From Tubiluchus corallicola (taxonomy: Eukaryota; Animalia; Priapulida): a stretch of 64,000 bases of DNA. The notes beneath the pieces were generated by a model. The model worked only from the letters and a program-made list of their open reading frames with translations. It was not told where the DNA came from and made no database searches. Position numbers and translations under genes: made by a program. Of this stretch, positions 26,201-46,877 are shown one piece after another (within the stretch, counting starts at the first letter, position 1; each line of letters opens with the position of its first letter). Location: contig JAQGDQ010000138.1 of assembly GCA_030141605.1 (NCBI GenBank), positions 186,001 through 250,000 on the forward strand. Reading direction: 5' to 3'.

Positions 26201-27561
26201 ATCTCATGAAAAATAAATACACTGATTAAATGCAATCTCGAAATAAAGTCGTTCGATTTTCCTGTGTTTTGGAAAAGATTTTAGTTATTGGTTGTGCAGT
26301 TATGGTAGTAAAAGTGACAGTGCCACAATCGATATGACCCTTAATATACTCAAATCAACAAGCAGACACTGCAAAATGAAGTTGCATTATTATGCCATTT
26401 ATTTTACTAAACATTTAATGATAATAGCTGTCAACCAGTTCATTGATACCACAAAGATATTGTTTGTAACCACCAAACACCACACCTAAAGACATTGTGA
26501 AAAACAACCAACAAACTAAATTAAGAATTTCTGAAGCTACTTTTAAGAAATAAGATGCATAATTAAGAGTAATTAACAGCATAACTAGTCAATAACGAGC
26601 AACCTTCATAGATGTTTGTTTTAAAAATTAGCAGTTCTAACTCCTTAACATTGTGACTTCGTAATGAAAACATACGGGGTTAAAACAGGACAAATAGGTC
26701 TTTTTGAGGAACAATACGACCATACAATGATCATTATACAAAACGTTTTTTAAACTATCTAAACAATTCACAAATTCAGTGGGTAAATTAATTTTAAAAC
26801 TCTATATCAACATTGTCTACTTAAAGGCTATTCCTACTAAGACTTTGTAGGTGCCCTGTTAAAGAATACTACATGCACTATTAAATCTAGCAATTTAGCA
26901 ACTCTAGTCCTTAAAAAGTACTGCAAAATGTCTAAGAGATTATAAAAAATTTTCATATTTCAACAATGCTTAGGTAAGCAAAATTATTACTCAACATTAC
27001 TAACATGCAGCAATACTAAAAAAAATTCATTAACTTTTTGTGCGTATTTAAACTTAATTTATGTATGGAAAATGCTTCTACAGTTTACCAAAAATAATCT
27101 AGCTAAGCATAATTAACTATAAGTCGTAAAATAAATCTTACTAGCTAATTTTCATTTTTTGCAGCTTTCACAAAAGATAAATTAACAAAGAAAAGGCTTT
27201 CTACATAGCAGAATTCAATTTCAAAAAACTGAAAGCATAATCTAGTAATAAATTACATTTAATGAGATGTATAAATAAGTAAAGTGGCATAACTTCATGC
27301 TGGTCAATCGCAAGGGCCTTGGAAAGAAAAGAGAAAATAGAGTACACGCATGTGCATGTCGGCTGACCATCGCAACGCCAGTAATTATTTGAAACATTAC
27401 ATGTGAATATTTTTACATAACCCAACTTCTTTAAATATTCGTTTAACAGACATGACATTGTTATATCAAATTTTGGATATCACAAACTATTTTTGTTGTT
27501 CATTCCATTCTGGTTACAGCAGTAATTTTGCTACAATAGCAGCATATGACTGGACAGACAC

Positions 27562-28413
27562 CAGGCACAGTGGCTCTACCACTAGGCAAACTAGGCAGTT
27601 GCCCTGGGTGCCAAATTCTAATTCTTTAATTAAGTCTTTAATTTTATGTTTAGCATAAATAATAACATAGTATATGTGTAATTGCTAAAGTGCTCTACAC
27701 TTTAATTAAATGAAACGAACTACTAACATTGTTTTTCTGCCAAAATGTTTATTCGTTGATGCTAGCAAGTGTCTTCCCACAGTAAAAAAACTTTCTACTT
27801 TTGCTTAATCTGGTTTCCTAATATTACGTACTATGCTGTACTAAGTGACGCGTTATTCTGCTTTTGGCAGCAATTCCTGTTGTACGCATTGAGCAGCAGA
27901 GCTATGAAAGAGATTGTAGTAATGATCCTCCCATTAATAAAAGTTTCTTACAATAGCATTTATCTCGTAATGGCAGATAAACCTATAAGAATCGAAGTCT
28001 CCATGAGCTGAACACTGGAAGTGAAAGGTAAAAAGCTGTCGAGTGGCAACATTAAACAGCAAAGAAGTATTTGCAACCAGATCAGAGTTATGGCTATGAA
28101 GGTGATGAAGCTAGTGAAATGGGTACATATGTGAAAAAAAGGAGTTAGGGTTTGAAAAGTTTCAAAAATTTCTGATGAAAAAGCTGGATAGCAGAAATTT
28201 GATTGCTTGTCAAGACCCATACGTACAATGGGGTCATAAATTCAACATGTCTAAACCTAACGTGCAGGTGCCATTACACTGTATTTTAATATTAAACAAG
28301 AAAAATCAATTTTGTGCGCCTGACGGGGTCTGGTGGGGGAAACGGCTGTCCGTCGAGAGAGGGTGCCAAAAATTATTTTGCCTAGAGCATCAAACTGCCT
28401 AGAGTCGGCCCTG
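27562..28413. mobile_element. Possible non-autonomous DNA transposon with imperfect TIRs
   Basis: Left end CAGTGGCTCTACCACTAGGCAAACTAGGCAGTTGCC versus the reverse complement of the right end CAGGGCCGACTCTAGGCAGTTTGATGCTCTAGGCAAA; no clear TSD. Confidence 0.35.
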
Positions 28414-29286
28414 ACACCTCAGGTCATCTGAAATGCGAGGCATAGTATATATGAAACAGTTTCCAGAAACAGAAATGTGTGTATTGCACTTATTGCAACT
28501 TGCATGGGTTTATTAGTTGTCTTTTCCAATAAGATGTGATGCACAGGTATCACACAGTTATTGCACACTACCATTATCTCGTTAGTCAATTACCACGGGA
28601 TTAAGTGGAATCGAAAGTAGCAAAAATATGTTTAGTTAAAGGTACAGCAGATTCTCTTAATTCAATAGTAATTTTAGTAGATTAGTAATTATTAACTAAA
28701 ATGTGTCATAAACAATTCTGATAATAGTCTATTAAACAAATATGGTGACATCTATTGCCAGAGAAAGTGTTATAAGCTGAGATATAGCTGAATAGCTATG
28801 ACTGCCAAGTTAGGTTAAGAACTCCAAGCCTGGTTGGTGAATGGATGAGTAGCCATTGAGTTACTACTTCAATAAATTTTAACTGCCATACTTCTCTGCT
28901 TCTCCTGTCTATTTCTCCTGTGTGTGTGTGTGTGCACGCAATTTCAGAAGTGTAACATGAGAAAGCCCATTTGCCAGAAGCTTCTACACATGCTTTACCT
29001 CACAAATTGCCGTTAACACTGAACATGTAAATCTATAACTCTCGTTCATATTAGTATTTTGTAATAAATGCCATTTATGATTGATTATTATCAATCACTT
29101 TACGATGTTATATCAGCATTACTGAAGAAATGGGTAAGAATTACAATCTAGGAGAGTTTCTACAACAAAAGATCAGCCTAGCATGCTTAAGGTTCGGTCC
29201 TGATAGTACTTAATTAATCAATAACATAACTAATGATTAAGTTTCATGTTTTAATAGTTGGAGTTTTTCTCTAGATATAATATTTA

Positions 29287-31975
29287 TCATACAGACTGCG
29301 ACTGTGAAGTAAATTGATACTGATATGTGTTCGGTGTGCTGAGTCCTTCAATAAGGGGCTTGTGATGCCTTTGTACACCTCTCACACTATAGTAGTCAAC
29401 AGCAGCTTGGTGCATTTTCTCAACAAAATCAGGAACTCCTACAATAAAGTGGTTAAGTTTTAATAAAACAGATTAGGTAAAAATAAGATAATGCAACACA
29501 ATTTTAAAGAGTAAAATAACCCAGCTGGGAACAATTAAGATTTTTCATCTTTAATCTTTAAACTGAAAAGTCAACAGAATGGATTAGCTACACACTCACA
29601 ATGTCAGAAATGAACAATTAAGATGGCCCTCCAGTAAAATTTGAAATAAGGCCTAACTATATGCAACCCATGACGGCCATAGCAGAACCCCAGAGCACTT
29701 TCCTGCATTTCAAGATATTTTGGAAGCACTTTACAGTCGTTATAACATATATTTTAAAAATATGCTTCAAATAAAACATATAAAGTACATTTTTGACATA
29801 CTATTTGACATTCACTTTTATTAAAAAAAATATTTCAATTGTATACTCTGTTTCTTTGTTGCTACAAACCATGGAGTTGTGCAAAAGCTGACACTCTGCA
29901 AAAATGTGACCTAAATTACATGTAGTTTAGCAGTTGCTCAAAAGCTAAATTAAATACAGCTTTGATAAATCTAAGAAAATTTATTAAAATCCATAAGAAC
30001 TAATGGGAAAACCAGGTAGTTTGACTGAATTGAAAAAGCCATGTCTTAATTTACGCAAAACAAAAATGAATGAAAAATGGCCCAACCATCAGATTATGAC
30101 TTTAAAAACCTCACAGCCCCTTCTATGATAACCACCAACAATTAAACATGACCAAAAATGGTGTGCATGTTTAGTCAAAACTGCAGCCTTCAAAAACAAA
30201 TCGTAAAATGCATACCTGTTCTAGCCATCCAATTGTAAGCAAGTTTTGGGAAGGGGGCCTGTGGATCATCGCAATAAGTCAAGATGTAATCAAAACCATT
30301 CTGTCAAAAATATTAGAAAATTATTACTATTACAGCTAATATCTTCAACCAGTCTGACTCTTCTAGTCAGCACAAAAAATCTATAACTTTATAATGAGTA
30401 TTATTTTGCACAGACAGTTTACGTAATCGACACAAAAATTGTTTGCCTAGCAATTTGCTTCTGTTCAACAGGAAAACTGCATACATGGATTCACAATCTT
30501 AAATATAAATTTTTGCCATGTTACACGTTTGAACACTTGCAGCCACCAAGACAACTTAACTTAATCAAATGCCGTGAAACCAAGTTACTGAATAAATAAA
30601 ATAAAAATTGCCAGTGGTTGGATCAATGAACACATTGTTTTGACAATACCGCTGCTAAACAAAATGTGTAAAGTTTTTAGTACTACTATAGGATAAAAAT
30701 TCAAGTTTGATTCCTTTTGAGATTTTATAATCATATAAGAAGTGTAAGTGTTAGCTCTTGCATTTGGATTGCTGATTGGTCTTATGTCACTGTTAATGCA
30801 CTTGGTAGCTACATTGCAATAATCACTGACATTATCAGCAGGCTCTGTGCCAAGGACTGGGTTAACAGCTTATAATATGACAAATTATAAAATAGATTAT
30901 TAAATGGATCCAAATGAATGATATACATCGGGACCATATTTTGTGGTACGTCCCAAATAGCATCAAACTTTCTGATTTAGCTTGTACAGAACCTATTTAC
31001 AGCACAGAACATTCAAAATAACTAGAGTAAATGTATACTAATTGAGGCTACAGACAAGGCAAATGATAATGGATCATGGAAAAGCTTACTTATCTGCTAC
31101 TCATTTTGAAGGCTTGAAGCACTAAGATATCCTTGCAGAAGCAGCAGTTGTAAAATATAGAAATGAGAAAAAATAGTACTACCTCATTAAATCCCTTGTG
31201 AGGCCTTATAACCATTTGAGATTTGTAAGTGTCCACTCTCACGTGCTGCTTGTTGACTGGCCGTAACGGATGCTCTATGGCTCGTGCAGTCAGCACGGCA
31301 ACATTTTGTTCATAATCTACCTTGCAGCGTCTAATGTAGACATAATCTCTACTGTACATAGGATACTAAAAAATGTTACAGAAAAATTAGCAGAAAGCTG
31401 TTAGGTATAGGAGCAAACATTTATTTAATTATTTAACACTATAAATGGTAATAATTGTAAATATGTATGCATAATTAATATATTGGAAGTAATAGATGCA
31501 GTCTATGTATAATCTGCTGTAACTGTAATCAGTTTCCCTGCTCAGTCATAATCTAAGCCGAGAAAGCTAATGAAGCAAAAAGCTAGCCTTTGCTAGAGTA
31601 GACAAGAACATTCTTTGCTAGACAAGAATAGAACTAAAGTTGCTTAACCAGCAGTTGAGAACAAAGGAAGACTCTATCTCGTATTTCTTCATATTAAGAT
31701 GAATACATGCCCATGCACATGCAGTACAATTATCATTCTCCTTCATTCAAGCATTTTGTTATGTTCTTTAACAGTTTAAATTCAATCTAATGGAGACTTC
31801 ACAACTCAGAGAAAGTCTGTTGTTATGATGAGAAACACGACTAACTTCGATACAATGGAGACCAAGTTGCTGTCTGTGTCATTATGGCGATCACTTTGTT
31901 GCATAGCCAATTAAAGTACTTTTTCTCAACGTTAATGTATCACACTCTACCACAATTGCTGCCGTCGTAGAAAAG

Positions 31976-32006
<31 letters not shown>

Positions 32007-34741
32007 CATACGTATGTATATATATATACATACAAATACACATATATGACGTAAACTCGTTTTAAGCTACTTACGGGATATTTAGTCACCCAGTGGACAA
32101 CTTCTGTTCCAGTTTCTGGCTCACTATCAATTACATTAAGGTCAATGACTAAGCGATCCCAATGTTTTCGATACTCTATATCATACTGAAAAATAAAAGA
32201 ATTTTTCCAGAGATGAAGGACACCAAATGGTACTCTGCTATGGAAAGATTGGCAAACACTAGATAAGTAGACTATGCATGGACATCCACAGTTTAACTAC
32301 ATGTACAGATCCTGTTCTAAATCATTTTATCCAAAAAATAGACAATTTCCTTTATGCCACATGTGACAACACGACAAAAAATGCGTGTTAAAAAACAATT
32401 ATACCACACTTACAAATAATGCTGCATGCTGAAAAGTAGCACAACTAAGTTTAGCAGAACTCTAGACTTTAATGTTTGACCTTGTTATTAGATACAGAAA
32501 GTCTAGAGGGTATGAAGAGTGACAGTACACTAGTAGTAACACATATAATATTGCAAACTTGTATATGCCATAACCAGAGGAAATGTGCAGTTTCATGGTA
32601 AAGAATGAACAAATAGGAGTTACCCTAGCCAAATTACAATGTTTCAATATCAAGCCAAAACACAACTTTAAGGGCTTGAAGGATTTTTAGTCCAAAAATA
32701 AGGAAATTTATTCTGATACATTTTAAATGGATAAAAGAAATAAACATTTTTACCATACAAATTTAACACATCTAATCAGCTCAAAAACACTTTCCTACTA
32801 AGAAATTTTGCTGTAATATTTTCTCACCTGCACCAAGAAGAAAGCTGCTGCTGAAGCATCGTAAAATGTCCCATAAACTGAAATGAAATCAACCACTATT
32901 AGTTATGCACAAGTTCTTGAATCTTCATCATAAACCAACTAGCTCCAACGACAAATTTACAACACAAAATGTTGGTAAAAGAAAGCAAATTTATGCAAAT
33001 TGCAATAAGCTTTTTTTATTCACATTCATTACAATAAATGTGCTGATATTGTTGTTTTCACTGAAATGAGTGATAACTAAAGAAAACTTTGCTAAATAAT
33101 GTTGTACAAGGTTAATATGTACACTGCACAATGGATTAACTGTAATGCATGTACAAACAGGATTACTCATTAATTAATTAGTTTGCTCTTACAGTTCTAG
33201 GACAAATTTGGGTGATTTGAATTACCTTTGTATTCATATAGGTAACTATTAGGAATAGGCTTTCTCCAGACCTTTAAGTGACTGTGGTCTATAATAGTCT
33301 CCCAAGAGTCCATGTAATGCAGAAACTTCTTGTCTGGATCTTTTACATGCTCAACATGATGTAAGTCTTCAACCACTCTAAAAGCATTCATTTTATGAAA
33401 TTAATTATAGGAAATTCTGCAGGTGAATGCCATGTATATAACTTCAAATCACTAAATAAACAATTTCATTGATCTTTTCATTTGAACGGTCAAACACTTT
33501 TAAAAGAAAGGTTTAACCGAATACAAGAACAGACGAAAGCACTGGAACTCAATGCAAACCATTGGGAAACCAAAATAAATGAAACTAAAATTTGGTGCCC
33601 ACCCCCCTAGTGGACATCCCTAGTGGAAGTCAATATTAAGAATAAATTTTAAGACAAATGAGCCAAGAAACCAAAAAGCAGGTATTAAAACATACGGAAA
33701 ATTGTATTTGTTACTCGAGGCCAACAGACCACAAACACTTAGGTCTACTCAAGAGAGAGAAGAAACAAAGAATAGTAAATTTATCATACAAGGCACAATG
33801 TAGAACGCTTGTGCAGGTAAAGACTTACTTCAAATATTAAGTATATCAATCAGTTAAAATATGCATTTCTGAAGTTTTAATTATACAAGATGGTTACTGC
33901 ATTTATTTTACATAGAAAAGTTCTCATTAAGGCTGTCAATCGAATAAAAAGTTCTGAATTAGAATCGATTAGAAGTGTTTCAAATCGAATCAAAAATTTT
34001 CAAATAGAATCAGATTTTGCAAATTTACTTTGAATCGAACAAGAATTTAGAGAATGTATTCTCGAACGTGGATGGGGATATTGCACTTTTGCACCGCCTA
34101 GTTTTTAAGCAAGTATTTTTGCATCACAATTTTAATTATTTTTAGGTTAGGGTTTCAAAATAGTGAGATTAGGTTAGAATTTTTCCCAATTTTCCACATG
34201 TCTTGCTGATAACATGAGAAATTAATTATCAATTAAGTAAAATTTCTTAATTAAATCATTACTTTTGCAATTCTTCATCTGGCACACATTCATGCCTCCA
34301 AGAAAATGCAGCAGCACCAAAAAGAACTCCTACTCGAGACCTCTGCCTACTGCTGACATTCATTAGCCTCCAGTTTCCTTTTCCAAATATATGCCTAAAC
34401 CCGCCAGCTATCCACAAACGATTGCATGTTACAAAAAACTTGACTGATAAACGATGACATCTACGTATCCAAAGCAGTACTATCATTGCAAAACACAAGG
34501 TCTTGTTCATGAAAGACGTGTTTATATGCAACTTCCATGACATCTTAACAGTTCGCAATTGATGCACGGGTCCACAGTTATTCCTAATACTAAGCGAATT
34601 GTAAAACGTTTTTGTCAATACTGGGCGGTAGGTATAATAAAATCCACCTGCAATCACAAAAAACTTTCTTTCACGTCGGGTCTTAGATACACAAACATTT
34701 TTTATAAGTCTGAAATATTTAGTAAACTGATTACGTGCCAT
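29287..34741 (-). CDS. STARD7: StAR-related lipid transfer protein 7 (mitochondrial phosphatidylcholine transfer START protein)
   Basis: Minus-strand exons 34263-34741 (basic N-terminus ...AAAFSWRHECVPDEELQ), 33226-33377 (LKVWRKPIPNSYLYEYK), 32828-32877 (YGTFYDASAAAFFLVQ), 32075-32185 (DIEYRKHWDRLVI...EVVHWVTKYP), 31183-31365 (YPMYSRDYVYIRR...SQMVIRPHKGFNE), 30216-30300 (NGFDYILTYCDDPQ), 29287-29438 (VPDFVEKMHQAA...SV*). All junctions are GT-AG and in phase. The true start Met is uncertain. Confidence 0.93.
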
Positions 34742-34821
34742 GATTCACAAAACTTTTCACACACGTTTCACACTTTCACGCAATGCAGGAAGCTGACATC
34801 TTTGATTTGTTTGACAATTCA

Positions 34822-34834
34822 CCACTAGGTGGCA
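34822..34834 (+). promoter_or_regulatory. CTCF-like motif just upstream of STARD7
   Basis: CCACTAGGTGGCA, a near-consensus CTCF core about 80 bp upstream of the STARD7 ATG. Confidence 0.45.
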
Positions 34835-34840
34835 ATATCT

Positions 34841-36845
34841 TTTTGCGATTGCGATTGCGATACTCGACTCTCTCCACCTATCCGAGGCGGGCACCTTTAT
34901 AGGGTGCAAAGTCTCTTCTTCTTTAACGCTGATCTTTTATTTGTCTTTTCCAAGTTTAATGTCTTTATTTGTCTTTATCCTGTATTCCATACATTCGTTC
35001 ACTAGATTTCTAATTTCTAGCAATCCTTCCTTTTCACTGTTCATTAATACTTCTGAGTTCAAAATTTTTTTCCATTCTCCATATCTGTAACATCTAAGCA
35101 TATGTTCAGTAGTGTCATCATCTTCCTCACACACTGGGCATAATAACTGATCCTTAAACTCATTCTTGTAGTTCCCCTTAACTTTAATCATATTCAGTCT
35201 TATTTTCAATATATCTTTAACCTCTTCTGGCTTGCATGTGTCTATGTAATTTTGTCGTTTCCACTCGGTATGCCTTAAAAATCTTAATTTAGTGCTGCTC
35301 CTGCATTTTTCTGCACATTCGCTCTTTATACAACGTTCAATCTTATTCTTTATTTCTTTCTTCCATTCAGACTTTTTCATGACCTTCACCCTTTCTTTAT
35401 TAGCATCTATGGTATATATTTTTGCAGTCTCAAATACTTCATTATACCATGACCTTTTGTGTACACTGTTTATTTGCATTTCGAGTATCTCTGTTGCTAA
35501 TCTCTTTGGTTTACTAATCAATAAATTCCGATAGAACATCAATCTCCTATAGTTTACTTTATGTTTTAGAGGCCATATGCCTATTTCAGTTACTAATCCC
35601 CAGTATGGCATTGATTCACTAAGGTTAAATAATGTTTTTAAAGCATTTGCTTGAATCATTTCTAATTTCTCCCAATCAGTTGTTGTCAAATTTGACCATG
35701 TCTCAGAACTATTTAGCACTGCACTCACTGAAAGAAGCTCGTACAGCATTAGTTTTACCCCTATTGAGCAATCTCCCACTTTCAGCTCACCTCCTATTGT
35801 ATTGATGTAACTAATTATCGTTTTGTTTTTCCCGGTTCGTTTTCCAAACATTATTTCATAACTACATTTTGTATTTATCCAATCTCCCAAATATTGGTAT
35901 TCCTCTACTTCCTTAACCTCTCCGTTCCTTAGTGACTCACATAATTCTGGGACCTTTTCTTTCGTGTCATGTTAGTTCTCATATATTGTGTTTTCTGTAT
36001 ATTGAATGATAATCTTTTGGTTCTTTCAATTTCTTGACAGTTCTTAATCATCTGCTTGATTATAGTTTCTTGTCCTATTCCGACAATATCGTCAATGAAT
36101 AATAACATACCCACATGTATATTCCTGCCCATTACAGTCCCTGTTGTCACCATCTCATTAATCCGGTTTATTGCAGCACAACATAGTAATGGTCAAAACA
36201 CTGTTCCCTGTCGGACTATTTCATTTATTTCTATCTGGTCTGTTTTTCCCAATGGTGTTTCTATAACTATTTCTGCAATTTCATTCAGTTCATATATCAT
36301 AAATATTTCTCCTGGTGATATGCCCATCCTCCATAATTCTGTCAATGCATCTTTCAACCACAACTTATCAAAACACTTTTCTATGTCACAAAAAATTATG
36401 TACACCTCATTTTTATAAAACCTGTTATACTCTAACATTGCCCTCAAGGTGTACAGATGGTCATAGACCCCTCTGTTTTTTCTTCCGCCACATTGATGTA
36501 CTCCTATGTTTTCTTCAAATTTAACTATTATTCTATTTTTGATCACTTTTTCCATTAGTTTACTGAAAATATTTGTTATGAACAGCCCTCGTCTATTTTT
36601 CATCTCTTTCTTGTCGCCTTTTCCCTTATAAATTGACTTTATTTTCATTTGGGCCCATTGTTTCGGTATTTTCTTTTGCTTCATTATTTCATTCAGCATT
36701 GCTGCTATACTATCAATAAATCCCTTCCCTGCTTGTTTGATCATTTCATTCTTCCATCCTTGCATGTCTGGAGCCTTTTTTATTTTTTAGTGATCGAACT
36801 GCTTCATTCACTTCACTGTTAGTAATTTCTTTTACTTCCTCCTCA
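34841..36845 (-). mobile_element. 5'-truncated non-LTR retrotransposon (LINE) RT ORF, frameshifted
   Basis: ORFs 36193-36765 (W...IYKGKGD...NRRGLFITN...QCGGRKNRG...DIEKCFDKLW...VRQGTV), 35929-36153 (LLFIDDI) and 34937-35890 (GDWIN...CPVCEEDDDTTEHMLRC knuckle) form one broken RT. The 3' end has a GCACC-CTATAAA-GGTGC hairpin and a (TCGCAA)n tail. Clade not assigned. Confidence 0.9.
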
Positions 36846-36880
36846 ATCTTTGAAAAGATTGTCTAATCTTTGAAAAGTTG

Positions 36881-36895
36881 TCAGTAGGTGGCACT
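36881..36895 (+). promoter_or_regulatory. CTCF-like motif on the other side of the LINE
   Basis: TCAGTAGGTGGCACT; motif match only. Confidence 0.35.
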
Positions 36896-37126
36896 GTAGC
36901 AAAGTTTTTGTTTTTCAATATGGTAGCTTACACGTGGAATTTTTTCATGTTGCTCGAAAGCGTCTAGTTCATACAAATTCAAAATTGTTTTTGTCTAATA
37001 GGCTTACCACTTTCTGTTTTATTTTGAGGGCAAACGCTGCTTAGAACTAACAACGAAAGAAGAGCAACTATAATAATCTGTAAACGTGAGACTTAAATTG
37101 GCATTCTGTCACAATGTAAGGCCTAA

Positions 37127-37257
37127 GGGCCGGATTCACTAACATGTCCGTAAGAATTTTCGTAAGAAACTTCATAGCATTTTTTGGTTTTCTTAAAGTT
37201 ACGATCGCGTTTAATAACCGACCTTCCTAAGTTACGAAACCTTTGTGAATTCCACCG
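37127..37257. mobile_element. Small Harbinger-like MITE
   Basis: GGGCCGGATTCACTAA versus the reverse complement of the right end CGGTGGAATTCACAAA; TAA on both flanks (37124-37126, 37258-37260); CGTAAG/TTACGA internal repeats. Confidence 0.45.
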
Positions 37258-37559
37258 TAAGCCTAAGAATGTTTTTACGAACGATCTTGTGAATGAAACA
37301 GTTCAGCGGAATGAGTAACTTTACTATTTCAGCGTTTAATACAATTATTCAATTTGGACCCTACAAAAATATGGGCACCTTATCATACATAGATGCCATA
37401 CTAGGAATTGGATCATTAGACATAGTTTGTAGTTTATAATTCTGAACAATTAGAAATGAACAAAAACTCACCTTTAACATCAAGAAGACTAAATATAAGT
37501 ATCTGATATGATTATAATAATAATAATAATATGATTAAAATGCCTAAAAGAAGATGAAG

Positions 37560-38400
37560 AAATAAATATAAGGCTAAGAAATGCACTAGTACAGCAAACT
37601 AAAGAGTATAAATATTTAGGTGACTGGATAAATGAAAAGAATAATTATAGTACCATGTTACATGATTGAAAAATAAGATGAAATTTATGGTAAGGGAAAT
37701 TAACAATTTTGATAATCAAGCTGAAATGGGTACTATGGCCATTAAATGTAAATTAAAAATGTGTGAAACAATAGTAATACCAGTTTTACTTGGAAATAAT
37801 TAAACATGGATCAATATCAATGTTAGTGAGTAGAAACTATTAGAGCAAATTCAGTATAAAGCACTAAGCAAACTATTACAATTAAAAAAGAATACACCAT
37901 ATTGGGGAATACTAGCTGAAATGAATGTATGACCAATGAAACAGAGATTTTTATATAAATAATTAATGTTTTTAGAGAACTGCTAAATCAGATGATGACA
38001 GATTAGCAAAGCAAATAATATTAGTACAAAAAGAAAGAGAATACTCTAAGTGCTGGTATGCTAAAATCAATGAAATCATTAAAAATTATCAGATAAAACA
38101 GCTAGTAGAAGATTTGTTACAAATAACTAATTCACAATGGGAAAAAGATGGTTAAACTTATACTAATCATTATATAGAGCAGGAATTTGAACAGAAAAAG
38201 TCAATGTCAAAACTGAGGTTGTTGAAAGAAAGTTTTTTCAGAAAAAAATATATTTATTAACAGGTAATGAAGCTCAAGTGAGAGCATATTAGACTAAACA
38301 TGATAGACGTTAAAGGAAATAACCAGAGCAGTAACAAAAATAACCTCAATAGCCCTAGATTTTTTAAGGAAAAAGATGTACAGATCCTCATAATGGAATG
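37560..38400 (+). mobile_element. Highly degenerate LINE relic related to the 34841-36845 element, opposite orientation
   Basis: Translated fragments EYKYLGDWINEK, NTPYWGILAEM and IRLNMIDVKGN parallel YLGDWINTK, MPYWGLVTEI and IRLNMIKVKGN of the minus-strand element; many stops. Confidence 0.75.
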
Positions 38401-39892
38401 TGAGGAGCTAAAGCACTTAAAGATGTGCCAATGGCAAGTGGACGCTAATCAACATATCAAGACCGACTGTGCAAACCTTGCAACAGGTGCATCAAACTAT
38501 TGAAGGGCTACTCACCTACAAAAAGGAAATTCAATAAATTTAGATTTCAACAAGTGTCAAATATTGTGCCAACAATTATAAACTGATAGTTATTTCCAAA
38601 GTTATAAAAAGAAGAAGGCCTGAAAGGTAATGAAAATATGATGATGTGATGGAAAAATTAGGTTGATGCAATAATGAAGAACAAAAAGATCAGATTTAAA
38701 TTAGAGTTTTAACAATATCAATGAGACACAGCAACCAGCTGGGCAATATGCAAAAGGGGTGGCAAGCAGGTACTCCCAGAAGGTGCAAATTGAAAGCTAA
38801 ATTGAAAATGAAGCTTATATTTACGTAATCATTCAGTTTAATCATCAGTTTATCAATATCATTATTACTTGGTCTCTTTAGCTGCAGTAAGCTGCTTTGA
38901 AGTTTTTGAGTACTTGGAATGAGGAAGTCCAATGAATATGAAGGATGTTGAACATTACAATTGAAGATGCACGAAAAAAGGCTACAAACTAGGTATGATA
39001 GTGGCTGCATCAAATTTTGAACAGCTAAGTTTTTCGTCAACTTTTCTCTTCACTGACTAATAGTAGTACTGAATATGGGTCTAACTAACAAGAACAGTAT
39101 GCCTAAACAAAACTTCAGACTTTGAAAACGAGTGTTTGATAAAGTTAAAGGTAACATGTATTTATAATCTTAAATTTTAGTTTTTTCAGCACTGTCATTA
39201 ACACTAATGTGTAACAATATTACTTATCTATATAGACAGCTTCTGAAGGTAATTTAAAATTGTCAATTTAGATTTTGTGATAAGAAAATATTGTGAAAAA
39301 TGTAAAATTTCCTGTGTGTCAGAAAATCAAGCCTGGGAAAAGTTGTGATTTTTTTGTTTCCTAATATTACTGATAATGTGAGACTTTATTTTGTTACATT
39401 TCGCAAACATAAGTTTTAGATTACTTTGCCTAGTCTTTTACTTGCACTCTAAGATATTACATTTATAGGCCTGATGTTGAAAGACACTAATAGGCTCACT
39501 AGCTGTTTTCAATGCCTCACCATGTTGTGACCTGTATTCTGGTCTGATCAAACTTGCAGAAAGACACCATACCTTACCACCTTTTTATTAACCTATAGAT
39601 GTGATGTCAACCTCTCGATTTTAGTGCTTTTCTGTTAATTAATGTATTAATGTAAGTGACCATATGTGTAACATCCAGACTCAAGTCAGGCACACGTATA
39701 ATATATAAATTATATTATATTAGGAAATAATTTTAAGTGCTTGCATGCGAAAAAATAATAAAAACAAACATTAACCCCCCATTTTAGTTTTTACTTGAAC
39801 TTTATTTCTATATTTTTTCAAGCACTATAGAATGTGTCTATAGTTCATGGCTTTATGACGATCGTCAGTAATATCCTTAAGCTGGAATTATC

Positions 39893-46877
<6,985 letters not shown>

